Below are positions 13,390 through 26,292 of a DNA stretch of 64,000 bases, piece after piece; position 1 is the stretch's first letter; each line of letters starts with the position of its first letter. The translations under genes and the position numbers were made by a program. The DNA is from Octopus sinensis (lineage: Eukaryota). The notes beneath the pieces are model-generated. The model was not told the DNA's origin. It worked only from the letters and a program-made list of their open reading frames with translations, and did not search any database. Where the stretch lies: positions 50,220,001-50,284,000 of the forward strand of contig NC_043007.1 in NCBI RefSeq assembly GCF_006345805.1. Direction: 5' to 3'.

Positions 13390-14110
13390 ATGTGTACAGG
13401 ACACCAAAAAGACGTCGAACACATAGAGAGACGAAAAACATAGACAAAGCCAAGAACAAGACAAGCAAAAAAGAGATACAGGACAATAAGCACAACGAAA
13501 AATCCCCTTCTTCAGTCGCTAAGGTTTCATCTACTAAACGTTTCGAAGGATAAAAGCGAGACGTATACTTCGAAGAAAACTTCCTTCCTGCGAAAAGCAA
13601 ATCAATTAAAATTCTGAGATCTTTTCGCAGAGGGTAAAAAAAGCAAGACGGTAACGACAGTACAAACATATAAACAGTAAAAATATATATATAAACAGTG
13701 GGAAAATAAATATATAACAGTGAGAGACAGGACAAGGAGAACAAGATAAGAAGGGCTGTTAACGCCAGACGAAAAAAGTATTGCAAACGCTGGATTATAG
13801 TGGACGACGAGAGAGAAAAAATGTCGACCAGTAGCCTTAGAAGGCGGCGAGAAAAGACAGGATAGCATTTACGACGGAAGTATCGTCGCAGATGGACGAC
13901 GGGAATGGGGGAGGAGGAGCAAGAGGAAGAGAGAGAAGAAGGGGAATGGTGCGAGGAGACCATGAAGAATGGTGAAAGGGAGAGAGAGAATGAAGAATGA
14001 GAGAGAGAGGAAGAGACAAGTTAAGTGAGGGAAAAAAGACGAAAAAGGGAATGGGAGAGAAAGAAAGAAAGATGCAGAGTCGCGTGAGAGTTAATATCAA
14101 GCTAACTTGA
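13390..14110 (-). mobile_element. Non-autonomous PLE-like repeat related to 49100-49800
   Basis: Shares TCGCAGGAAGG..CCTTCGAAAC..CTGAnGA.GGGG with the 49.2 kb unit; bounded by (TA)n. Confidence 0.4.
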
Positions 14111-14152
14111 TAAACAGAACAATCTTACTTATAGGGTGCGTGCGTTTAGTCG

Positions 14153-14226
<74 letters not shown>

Positions 14227-14405
14227 TATATTATATACATATATATATATATATATAAAATAGGGTGAATGAATTATCCTATGCTTATCGTCAGTATGGA
14301 AATTCGTTTAACCGAAACTTGGGTAGCAAATTCACGTCAGAAACACGGTTGAAGTGACCTGTCCAAGGGTAGAAACTCCGGGTTCATGTGCAGAAATTTT
14401 TGTGT

Positions 14406-14580
14406 GGTAGCCATGATAAAACTCCGAGCTTCGGATGCCGATGTGGAAATCCACGCCGCTTTCTCTTCAGTTATCCGGCCATCGGAAAAATAGCACTTTT
14501 CCGATGGCCGGATAACTGAAGAAATGGCGGCGTGGATTTCCACCCTGGCATCCGAAACTCGGAGTTTTATTATGGCTACC
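14406..14580. repeat. Near-perfect palindrome (about 84-bp arms, 7-nt loop) inside a (TA)n-flanked element
   Basis: GGTAGCCATGATAAAACTCCGAG...TCGGAAAA / TTTTCCGA...CTCGGAGTTTTATTATGGCTACC. Confidence 0.9.
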
Positions 14581-14639
14581 GAATAATTGTCGCATATTAC
14601 ATTTACAGATATATATATATATATATATATACATATATA

Positions 14640-14802
14640 TCTACGACAGGCTTGTTTATGTTTCCGTCTACCAAATCCACTCATAAGGCTTTAGTCGACC
14701 GGAGGCTATAGTAGAAGACACGTGTCTAAGTTGCCACGCAGTGGGATGAGAAACAGAACCATGTGGTTGAGAAGCAAGCTACTTACCACACAGCAACTGC
14801 CT
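14640..14802 (-). mobile_element. CORE-type SINE, family B (5' half)
   Basis: Reverse complement reads GGCAGTTGCTGTGTGGTAAGTAGCTTGC...GTCTTCTACTATAGCCTC..GAGTGGATTTGGTAGACGGAAAC; same family as 36866-37335. Confidence 0.75.
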
Positions 14803-15059
14803 TAAATCTGTTCATGGGAAACGTTTTGGATATGCAAATAAAACTCCTATTCCATACTGCCTGTCACAGTCTAATGATGTTGACTGGTAGACCAGTTTTG
14901 GGGGGTTGTATCCAGCTGTACAGATATAACATAGAATAAATATAGTAATATCAACAATAACCCTTGGACGGAATTTATAAATATTTAATGCATCTCGACG
15001 CGTGTTTCCATAAAACCGACGTCTCTTAAGATCACAGTCCGTATTCCAGCGATGATTAC

Positions 15060-15500
15060 AGTGTAGTCCAGTGATGATCACAATGGGATCTAGTAACTGT
15101 GCGCAAGTGACCGATATAGTAGGAATATACCTATTATCGCAAGCAAAATCTTGGCTTTTGAACATTGGTGGAAGGAGTTATATAGAGACCACGCATTGTT
15201 CACAATTCAGAAGTGTAGTAACATAGAAATAGAAAAATTCCGGAAAAACTTTTAAAATTGGAAATTCCTAGACGTAAAGCTTAGCCTCATCGATGGAAAG
15301 TTTGAACCGTTCCATAAGCCAAATGTAAACTTAAAATATGTCAGCAGAGGATCCAAACTTCCGGAACATATACTGCGATGCAACCCAAGAAGCATGTATA
15401 ATAGAACATCCAAACTATCTGCAGATATTCGATATGCACACCGAATATTACATCTCAGCACTAGCTAGAGCGGGATATAAGGGTAAAATAGTATATATAT
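15060..15500 (+). pseudogene. Penelope-like RT fragment (second lineage)
   Basis: ITMGSSNCAQVTDIVGIYLL (cf. MGSxDGAExCELVGLY) and FLDVKLSLIDGKFEPFHKPNVNLKYV...YISALARAGY; frameshifted. Confidence 0.7.
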
Positions 15501-15759
15501 ATATAGATCAAGACACAGAAGGCACAATACCCAGAGAGCATTATTAATAGTGGAGATAATCATATAAATAACCGCAGAATACCAGAACCCAGAAGAACTG
15601 TAAATATAAAAAGGAAACATATATAGAGAGAATACATGACACTACAGGCAAAGGTAGAAAAAAAGGCATAATTAAACGCCAATAGAAATGATGATAATAA
15701 AGTAGTAGAAGCAGAGGAAACAAAATGCACTAACAAACCAACTAAATATATTAGTAGGG

Positions 15760-16450
15760 TCAGTTAAGTACTGCTGTGAGAAAACAGCATCTAGGAGCAA
15801 TTCACACTGCTAGAAATTTGGAAACGACATGATATACTGCTTTGTATTCGCACCGGAATCTCCAGCATGAACAAATGGTGGACACACAGAACAGTCGTTG
15901 GCTTGCCGTGTCCCCAAAACATGTATCGAGAGTGATAAAAATCAAACATCCAGTCAACATCATGCTGATCACTAGTGATGGCGACGTTATGCCTCCATTC
16001 ATCTTACCAAATGGCCTCACGTTTAATACGGAGGCCTACATCAAGTAACTGGAGGACGTAGTGCTGCCTGCGTGATGAGGGTGGATGCTGAAAGACCTTA
16101 TGTCTAACAACAGAACTCTGTATCATGTCACACAAGCAGGAGAACCCAGTCATGGCTGTCAGTCAGTTTCTGCGACCACATCACTCCCAACATCTGGTAC
16201 CTAACTCCCCACACTGCAACTTCCTTGATTATTATGCGTGGGGCGCAGTTGAGCAATATACCAACAAAACTCCTTGTAATACCAAAGATGAATTGAAGGC
16301 GAGGAGTATGGCAGAATCCAGAAGAGCTGTAGAAGATTCCGAAGTCGTCCGGAGGACATGATGGAAACCAATGACAATTTTATTGAATAAATTTACTCTT
16401 TATTTCAAGATATTTTAATGTAAATTTGGTAAATATATTTGTTAAAATGA
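15760..16450 (+). mobile_element. Decayed Tc1/mariner transposase, maT/DD37D type
   Basis: KHPVNIML..SDGDVMPPFI, QQNSVSCHTSRRTQSWL..HITPNIW.PNSP.CNFLDYYAWG; spacing between the second and third catalytic positions fits D37D. Confidence 0.75.
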
Positions 16451-16461
16451 GTTTATGAGTT

Positions 16462-16935
16462 TACATTAAAAGGCATCTTTATTTGGAAGCCTTTTAATGT
16501 ACTTATATATGAATAACATATAGTCTAATGACTAATTTGTCTTTTGTGCTAGGTCACTGGTAATAATAATTTATTTTTATTACCCTATTTACTATGTTTA
16601 AATATTGCTCGATAGATTTGCTCGTAGATTTTTTACCGGCATCCTCTCTGTCGCCGGGTATGATTTGCGTCTGTGCACTGGTCTGAAAAGTTAGGGTATA
16701 CAGATCGTTAGATTTGCACGTGCTTCTAATGATATGTACATCTCGGATTACAAAGGCTTCTAGCTGATGATTCTGGCCTTGGTAGATAAATTATATTCAT
16801 TTGCTAAAAAAATGATGAAACCGCGGTACAAGATTAGCTGAGTTGGTAAACGTTTTTGAATTTCATTCCACTTCATAAATTTATCCCCTTTTTTGTATAT
16901 CTAGCAGTCGCTTCTTTATTTGAAGCCTTTTAATG

Positions 16936-16945
<10 letters not shown>
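16462..16945 (+). mobile_element. Non-autonomous element: about 437-bp monomer, terminal duplication, 5' fold-back, decayed hammerhead
   Basis: TCTTTATTTG(G)AAGCCTTTTAATGTA at 16476 and 16913; TACATTAAAAGGC/GCCTTTTAATGTA hairpin 16462-16501; CTGATGA 16764..GAAA-CCGCGG-TA 16817-16828; ends in (TA)n. Confidence 0.55.
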
Positions 16946-17000
<55 letters not shown>

Positions 17001-17754
17001 TACGTTCATACATACATACAAACAGACAAACAGGTAGAGTAACATGGGGGATTGAACCAGAATACCTTTCTTTCTCTAACTCTTTTCGGGTTTGAGGATA
17101 GGGAGAAGACACTAACTGGCCAGTAAAACACACCTCACTACTTTCTCTTTATACTAGTGAGCGACTTTGTTGAATATGTTTCTGTTTGCCGATGGCAGAA
17201 TCTGTAACACACGGGGAAAATTGATTACGTTCTAAGTTTCATCCTTTCGATATCGATGAAATAAATAGCAGTTATGCACTTATTCTCTGTACCCCAAATT
17301 TTCACACATGGTACCTATTGCAAAAAGGATATATTGGTGGTGCGTATTGTAAAAAGGATATACTTGGTACTCTTGAGCTGATGCCTATGATAATGTTTCT
17401 ATATCATATGTGTGTGTGCGCGCGCGTGTGTGTGTTTTCGTGGGCGTGTGTAAGTGAATGGATGTTTACATGTATGATGTCTTTCATAAGCGATATCTTT
17501 GGACATCTGTGGATCCAGCCTGAAAGACAATTTCAAATACTGACTTATTCTCTAAATATAAAATTGGTCGAAAGGAATCCCTTCTTTTGCAGTCCAAATT
17601 AAGATAGATTGGTCATCTCACCAAAATCAGCAAAAGCAAAATTCCAAAATTCCTTGTGTGGTCAGTTCTATGATAAAAGGAGCTGCGTGGCGTTAAAACA
17701 CTAACCTGAAAGTGACAATGCCGCTGTGTTAAGTATTCTACCAGTTCACATCCT

Positions 17755-18087
<333 letters not shown>

Positions 18088-18264
18088 TGGTGAATAATAA
18101 CAATAACAACAACAACAACAAAAACAATAAGAATAATAATGATGATGATGATGATAATAATAATAATAATAATAACAACAAACAATATAATAATAATAAT
18201 AATAATAATAAAATAATAATAATAATAATATAATAATAACAACACAACAACAATAATAAGAATA

Positions 18265-18315
<51 letters not shown>

Positions 18316-18798
18316 TTTTTTTCTTTTCCAACAGTCTAATCTGTTGAGCGTATATGAAGTAATAATAATACTAATAGGAGGACATGGAGAAGAAGCAGTA
18401 GAAGCTGGAGAAAAATATACAGAAAGAAAATATAAAATGTCAAATTACTTTGTTCCTTTATATTGGTAAACTTTTGTATTTTGAGCAATTCTCAATTCCC
18501 AGCTGTGATATGGAATAAACATAAATCTAGTTAAAATATGATTAGAGATCAAAGTGATTTTTGCTATTTGTTGGTAGTGGTGATGGTGGTGGGGGAGCTC
18601 AGAGTGACTTAAAGAATACGAGACAATAAAGACAGATATAGTAAAGAGAATATACAAATGGGGAAGAACGAGAAGAAAGGAGAAAAAATAAAAATATAAG
18701 AATTAAAAGAATGAGGAAAAACGAAGGAACAGAAGAGAAAGGTCAATAATAATTTTGTGTCAAAGGATGGTTTGAAAAAATGGGGCTTCATAGTGATG

Positions 18799-18871
<73 letters not shown>

Positions 18872-19602
18872 TGTGTGTGTGTGTGTGTGTATACATATAT
18901 ACATATATATATAAACATGTGTGTGTAAATAGAGAGAATAATGTGTGTATATACATATTTGGAAAGCTATGTGAATATGCGAGTGAATACTTGCTGTCTC
19001 TCTCACACACAAGCTTATACACATGTTGATTTCTATGTGCATATATGTATGCATGTATGTAAATATACATACATACATGCATGCATACATACATATATAT
19101 CTACTTATGCCTTCTCTACTTAGCCTGTAATGAGCCATAAACGTCGGTGATGATTTGAACGGAGAGTAAATATGAAAAAAAAAACAGAGACAAGAGAGCG
19201 AAAGGGATAGATAAGAGAATCACACACACACACACCCATACTCACACACACATATATCTACGAAGCTCCATTTTTTTCAAACCATCCTTTGACACTAAAA
19301 ATTATTACTGACATAAAAACAGAGGGGAGTAAAGTGACAGAGAGTGAGGAAGACAAAGCAAATTTTAAAGAAGGCTAAATATAGGAATTTAAGTGAAAAT
19401 ATAGGAATTTAATGAGGAAGTCTAGAGTGGAGTTGAGGATAAGATAAATAATTGGGTAGAGGATGAGGTTGAGGATGGAGTAGAGGGTAGAGAGGAGTAG
19501 AGGGTAAAGTAGGTAATGATATAGAGGGAGGAATGAAACAAAGGATAGAGAATTTTATGTTATTTCTTCTGTTAATACAAAAATGCAAGAATTTGAAAAA
19601 TT

Positions 19603-19654
<52 letters not shown>

Positions 19655-19825
19655 CAGTTGTTGTTGTAACAATAATATTTTTATTTTTTAATTTCAAGAT
19701 TATATTGCATAAACATAATAAAGATTTGAGTATTAGGATTTGGTATGTACAGTGACACTGCAGAGTATGATGGTAACAAAGGTAGGATGTAATGGCTCGT
19801 GCATGGCTTATATATATATATACGC

Positions 19826-21440
19826 CAGCTTAATTTAATTCGTCCTTAGTCGAAATATATCTGTTGTTAATGTCCTGTTGTTTGTATTTGTAAATGTGTA
19901 CCATTTCTCCGTTGTTTTCTTTTCGTCCTTGTTTTCGTATACATTCGCTTGCTTTCTTCGAAAGAATCGGATCGTTTCGGTTTGATTGACAGTTTTTTCT
20001 AGCGGTGTCATATGAAATTGTCACCCATAATTATGACCCTAGTATCGATCTATTGTATTTCAATCTATTTTAGGGTTCGGGTTAGTTAGGATTAGTTAAG
20101 GTTAGTTAGGGTTAGGGTTAGGATTAGGGTTTGGGGTGGAGGGAAGGGTATCTTTTTTTCTTCACAAATGTAAATAAACCCAATCTGTTTCTTAAAAGAG
20201 GGACATATTCATACGGCACAGAATGTTGTTTACCTTAATGGACGTCAGTGAATGATTGAAATTGCAGAAATTGAAGAAAAAAACAACAAATATCTTACAA
20301 ACTATAGAATTTTCTCAATAAAGCCAAGAGAAAAAGATGTTTTATAAACACATTCTACCAGTATACGAAGTTTGAAATTTTTTAGTTACCTAGAAATTAT
20401 CTTAAACACTGCCTTTCAAACCGAAAAGATCCAAAGAATCTAGTGCTCTTAACATAGATTTCCTTGGGGCCGGCCAGATTAGAGCAGTCTCGAGATTAAC
20501 ACGCCGAAACTGCAAAAGCGATCTGCTTCTCGACTGAAGATTGAAAGCTTCGAATGTCCCGTCCTTGTTTATTCCTGTCCTTTTTTATATCACCTACTGT
20601 CCGAATGTTTTGTTGTCGCTTGTTACGTTCTTGTTCCTTTTTTTGTTTTGATTTTTATATATACATATAGCGGCGTACGTACACTTTTGGTCTCCTGTAT
20701 GTAAGTACATATATATATATATATATATATAAATTCTGTGCGACTCTTACTCTTTCCTTTAGCCTCTTTCACACTTTCTTCGTTCCACTTTTCTTTTTCT
20801 CGCTCCCACGCTCTCCCACATTTCTTGGCACTCCCTTCATTCTCATCACTTTCCCTCCTTTACTTCAGTCTGTAACTTTCCTATTTTCTCTCTTTCTCAT
20901 CCTTCCCTAATTCTTAAATCTCTCTATCCACTACCTCTCTCCTCTCCTTCCACGTAACCGACCTTCGACCAAGCCTGATCTTTCTTTCTTGGTTCGATTA
21001 CCATCCGTGCAGCATCTCGCGTATTTCTTCCTATGACTTTCATGTTCTATGTTCCTGTCGTAAGGCTTTCACTTCCACCACCGCCAGCTTAATTTAATTC
21101 GACCTTAGTTAAAAGACACCTGTTGTTAATGTCCTGCTGTTTGTATTTGTAATTGTGTACAATTTTGTCCATTTTTTTTTCTTTTTCGTCCTTGTTTTAG
21201 CATACATTTGCTTGCTTTCTTCCAAAGAATCTAGTGCTCTTAGCATAGATTTCCTTGGGGCCGGTCAGATTAGAGCAGTCGCGAAATTAACACGCCGAAA
21301 CTGCAAAGACGATCTGCTATCGACTGAAGATTGAAAGCTTCGAATGTCCCGTCCTTGTTTATTCCTGTCCTTTTTTATATCACCTATTGTCCAAATGTTT
21401 TGTTGTCGCCTGTTACGTTCTTGTTCAATTTTTTGTTTTG
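19826..21440 (+). mobile_element. Pair of direct PLE-type terminal repeats (about 19826-20640, interrupted by a MITE, and about 21080-21430)
   Basis: CGCCAGCTTAATTTAATTCG...CGACTGAAGATTGAAAGCTTCGAATGTCCCGTCC present twice; (TA)n flanks. Confidence 0.6.
19969..20432 (+). mobile_element. MITE (464 bp) with GGATC-starting TIRs, 8-bp TSD and internal TTAGGG-like repeats
   Basis: TIRs GGATCGTTTCGGTTTGATTGACAGT / ACTGCCTTTCAAACCGAAAAGATCC; TSD AAAGAATC at 19961-19968 and 20433-20440; single empty site at 21224-21231 in the sister repeat. Confidence 0.9.
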
Positions 21441-21442
21441 TT

Positions 21443-21570
<128 letters not shown>

Positions 21571-22705
21571 TGTGTGTATGAAAAATCCATCATTAACATA
21601 AAATCTGCTTTATTTATTTTATTGATGACATTTATTGAACTTCGTTTACTGAATTAATTCTTATAATGATCATTTGCTTTATATATATATGTATATATAA
21701 ACAAAGAGGGGTTAATAAGGGATATAAATCCAAGCGAAACACTTCTTAAGCCTTTTTGCAGAAAAGAATACACAAGGCTAATGAAGAAGTCTTTTGATGG
21801 TTAGTGTTCTTCGGGTAATCCGAAGACGAAACCCGAAGTCAAAGTCGATCACGAGTCAAATTTGTAAATCCATCGTTGTATTACCCAATTAAGATGACAG
21901 GCTTTTAGAGAGTGATACATAAAATAGACTGAAAGAAAAGCACTCAGAGCTCGCAAACCTCCGCCAATGTTTCTTTATTTTGGCACTACGGCCACAACAC
22001 AGAGGGGACACTATAAAAACAGACACAAAACCACAGTGGGGACAAAAACATAAAACGAATGAAAATGAGATGTTATATAAAATTGAGAAATGAAATGGCT
22101 GCATGGGCCACACTCCCATGCAGTACCATTTGAACGTTTATATAAACTATTTACAATCGTTCTATTATCTCATTTATTTTTCTTAATCTCGTTTTCTCCT
22201 CTTTTTTAAAATGAAACATTTTTACTTTTTCCTGTAACATCAAGGATAAAACTATTTAAATATAGTTATTGAGCAGTTCTACATATCTATTTGGATGCAT
22301 CCATGACTCAGTTTTATCAGTCGATCGATTGGTCGACTGAAAATATAGGGAACGACCCTCATAATGATATCTTCGTCAGAGAAAAACAAATCAAGTGCTA
22401 AAGAAATAGAACAGAAGAAAAGAAAGAGGATGAATTTTGGTCAGTGTAGCATGTGGGCAGAACAATCAACTTTAAGCGATTGTTCTCCTTTACCACGGTC
22501 GAATAAAATTGCCATCTACTAAAGAAATTTGATACTCATCAGCCTCTTTCTGGTCAATGACAGGCTTTTGGCATTTACCGCTATATTCTTAACCCTTTAA
22601 CAATCAGATTATTCTGTCAAACATAATGCTTATTTATTCAAATTGGTATCAATTAATCATGCATTATTTCACTGCTTTTAGATTTTAATGATATTAATTC
22701 TTTAT

Positions 22706-22925
22706 TGCCCACAAGGGGCTAAACATAGAGGGGACAAACAAGGACAGACAAAGGGACTAAATCGATTACATCGACCCCAGTGCATAACTGGTACTTATTT
22801 AATCGACCCCGAAAGGATGAAAGGCAAAGTCGATCTCGGCGGAATTTGAACTCAGAACGTAACGGCAGACGAAATACGGCTACGCATTTCGCCCGGCGTG
22901 CTAACGTTTCTGCCAGCTCGCCGCC
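22706..22925 (-). mobile_element. SINE family A, young full-length copy
   Basis: Close to consensus: GGCGGCGAGCTGGCAGAAACGTTAGCACGCCGGGCG on the minus strand. Confidence 0.9.
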
Positions 22926-23146
22926 TTCATTAGATTTTAATGATATGATTATTTATTTTTAGAATAACATCTTATAGTAGGTGTGAACGATTAAATTTGG
23001 TCAGTTTGAACATAGAACACCGAATATTTGGACCTGATATGGCCAGTTTAATTGCTAAAGGGCTACCGCATCCAAATCTATATCTGAAACAGTTGTAAGC
23101 CTATAATAAATACATAAATCTATATAACCCATGATTTCTAATTTTT

Positions 23147-23197
<51 letters not shown>

Positions 23198-23286
23198 TTT
23201 ATGTACATGAAGAGAGAAGAAAGCGAGAAAGAAAGAGAGAGGTGGGGAAGGAAAGAGAAAGATTAATAGATGCATGTATATATATA

Positions 23287-24433
23287 TCTCTATATATAAA
23301 ACTGAAATGCGTTTTTACCGCTTGGTTCGCTTTCAACGCCACTACGTCCCGTCCGATTCGCTCCAAAATTTACAGGGACATGTAGAATGAAGTGACGATG
23401 CCCGTGGGCTACCTTACAAATCCCTAGCTTAAAAGGTGTGGTTGCTAGGGGCCATCTTCCTCACTCGCGCTATTTCCTCCATTCACCCTCTCACTCCCCT
23501 TCATTTGACAAGTCCACTCCAGGTATTTAATGTAAAGTCTTCCTCAAATCACTCTCTCGCTATTTCCTCTCTTCCAAGAACATTTTCACTCACTCTATCT
23601 CTTAGCTTCCCATACATTTTACTCATGTATCTGTATGCGTTCATAGACAGAAACAAATATTCCATCGCATCGCATTCTATTGTCTACCTGTCAACACACA
23701 CACATACACACACACCCACACACACACATATATACATATATCTAATATTATATTTTTATTTTTATGTTTTTGTTTTTGGTTTTTTACTGTTTCATTTGCC
23801 TATTAGTGGTTTTATCTCTAATTTAATTTCTACAGTGTGCACACACACGCACACACACACACCTATATGTGGCCCCAGTAGACCCGAATGTAATCGGGTT
23901 CTATTCATCAAAATGTGAAAAGGGGTCTAGAATTATCATCGCCACAACTTATGTATATGTCTTCCTCACTCACTCGCTCTTTTTCCTAATGATAATTATC
24001 ATCGCCACCACCACGACCACCAACACAGAATCATGACAATCTTTCTCTTTAAAAAAATCATGTTTACATAGCAAAATATTTCATTTTCCCGTCCTCTCTT
24101 TCATATATCACCTTCTCTTTCTCGAGCTCTCTCTTTTTTCGCCGTCAGCCTCCAGTCTGATCTGGCAGTGTTTCTACAGGTGGATGACCTTCCTAACGCC
24201 AACCACTCTGTGAGTGTAGTGGGTGCTTTTTTCGTGCCGCCGGCACAGGTGCCAGGGGGGCTCGCAGCGGCAACGATCGGTTGGTGCTTTTTACGTGTCA
24301 CTGGCACAGAAGCCAGTCAAGGTGGCGCTGCAATCGGCCACGTTCGGATGGTGCTTTTTACGTGCTGAAAGGAAGCAACAGAAAGTAACTACCACACTCT
24401 TACCCGCGCGTAGAGCGGGTCACCTTCAGCTAG
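23287..24433 (+). mobile_element. Probable non-autonomous Helitron
   Basis: 5' A^TC followed by TATATATAAAA; 3' hairpin ACCCGC-GCGTAGA-GCGGGT (24402-24420), then CTAG (24430-24433)^T. Confidence 0.55.
24130..24365. mobile_element. RTE-type LINE 3' UTR fragment with about 3 imperfect GGTGCTTTTTACGTG tandem units
   Basis: TTTCTACAGGTGGATGACCTTCCTAACGCCAACC resembles the recurrent RTE 3' motif GGATGCCCTTCCT..CGC.AACC (from memory, not searched). Confidence 0.45.
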
Positions 24434-25265
24434 TGTATATATATATATATAATATAAGCATGTATAAGATATAAATAATTATGTATTCGTAGTTATTTAG
24501 TCACATAATTTGCAGCACAAATTTTATGTTGTAAGACTTCTTTAAATGTATTTCTCATATATCCTTTTAGGTCGAAGCTCATTTATTGCAGAACTATTCC
24601 ACAGACAAGTATTTTAAATACTTTGATTAATTAAGAATTATCCTACAAATCCATTCTTTCGAACCTAATAAGCTTCGTAGAAATTTAAAAATTCCCTAGT
24701 GAATTGAAAATCTGCACATTCAAGTCAAAACGTTGCATTTCTTTATTTCTTGCTCGCCGCTTTGCTTTTTTTTTTATTTTTTCATTTGTTCCCCCTCAAA
24801 GTTTCGAAACCTTACAAAAGTTGTCATTTCATGCAGTTCGAAGCCATCGCCTCTCCACATTAAGTGTAAATGTTATTGCAACAAGGAAGGATTTAATATT
24901 TTGAACTCTAACATTTTCGCTTGTTTGACAATACATAGAATTTCCTTGTATGGGTTTGTGTGTATATATGTGTGTTTACGTTTATTTTATGGGTTCTTCT
25001 CTTCTAAAAGTATGGAATCCCATCAGTTCCATATAACTAAGCATGTTCAACATTTGCATCAAAGGCAATAACTTAATATACTGGAGCATACCTAAATTGC
25101 TTAGAGACTAGCAGTTCGTTGATAGCTGTTTAGAGGTTCAATCAAATTAAAAGAAACTGATAAAAGCAAAATGCAATTCTTGAAATCCCAACTTTAGAAT
25201 AGATCTAATTTGAAAACAGAATTCAGTGGTGACTTCCACGCTGTAGTCCAGTCTAGTAATGAAGT

Positions 25266-26292
25266 GGATCTTTTCCTTTTGAACGGCAGTTTTCAACACA
25301 ATTTCTAGTTAACTAAACACTTTTAAACTTCGTATACTGGTAGAATGTGTTTATTGCCTTTGATGCAAATGTTGAACATGCTTAGTTATATGGAACTATG
25401 GGATTCCATAATTTTAGAAGAGAAGAACCCATGGAATAAAGATTCAAAATCACATGTAAAATAAACGTAAACACACATATATACACACAAACCCATACAA
25501 GGAAATTCTATGTATCATCATTTTTTCTCTTGGCTTTATTGAGAAAATTCTATATATTGTAACATATTTCGACTTTAATTTCGAGCATTTCGGCAAATTT
25601 AACCAATCGCTGATCTCCATTGACGTAAACAACATTCCGTGCTGTATGAATATGTCCCTCGTTTAAGAAACAGATTGGGTTTATTTACATTTGCGAATAA
25701 AAAAAGGTACCCTTCCCCCACCCCTAACCCTAACCCTAACCCTAACCATAGCTCTAAACCTAACCCTAAAATAGATTGAAATGCAATAGATCGATGCTAG
25801 GGTTATAATTATGGCTGACAATTTCATTTGACACCGCTAGAAAAAAATCCCATTTTCCGTAGCGGTGTCGTATGAAATTGTCACCCATAATTATAACCCT
25901 AGTATCGATCTATTGCATTTCAATCTATTTTAGGGTTAGGTTTAGAGTTATGGTTAGGGTTAGGGTTAGGGTCAGGGGAATGGTTAGGGTTAGGGGTGGG
26001 GAAGGGCATCTTTTTTTCTTTGCAAATGTAAATAAACCCAATCTGTTTCTTAAACGAGGGACATATTCATACAGCACGGAATGTTTTCACTCCAAATGGA
26101 GGTCAGCGATTGGTTAAAATTGCCGAAATGCTCGAAATTAAAGTCGAAATATGTTACAACATATAGAATTTTCTCAATAAAGCCAAGAAAAAAATGATGC
26201 TTTATAAACACATTCTACCAGTATACGAAGTTTAAAAGTGTTTAGTTAACTAGAAATTGTGTTGAAAACTGCTGTTCAAAAGGAAAAGATCC
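25266..26292. mobile_element. Head-to-head palindromic dimer of the GGATC MITE, bounded by one 8-bp TSD
   Basis: Ends GGATCTTTTCC / GGAAAAGATCC; TSD AATGAAGT at 25258-25265 and 26293-26300; arms inverted about 25850; (CCCTAA)n and (TTAGGG)n in the two arms. Confidence 0.9.

Noticed and set aside
25720-26000. (CCCTAA)n/(TTAGGG)n head-to-head, suggesting a telomere fusion
   Set aside because: The tracts are short, degenerate, internal cargo of a MITE also present at 20070-20130, and enclosed by a TSD
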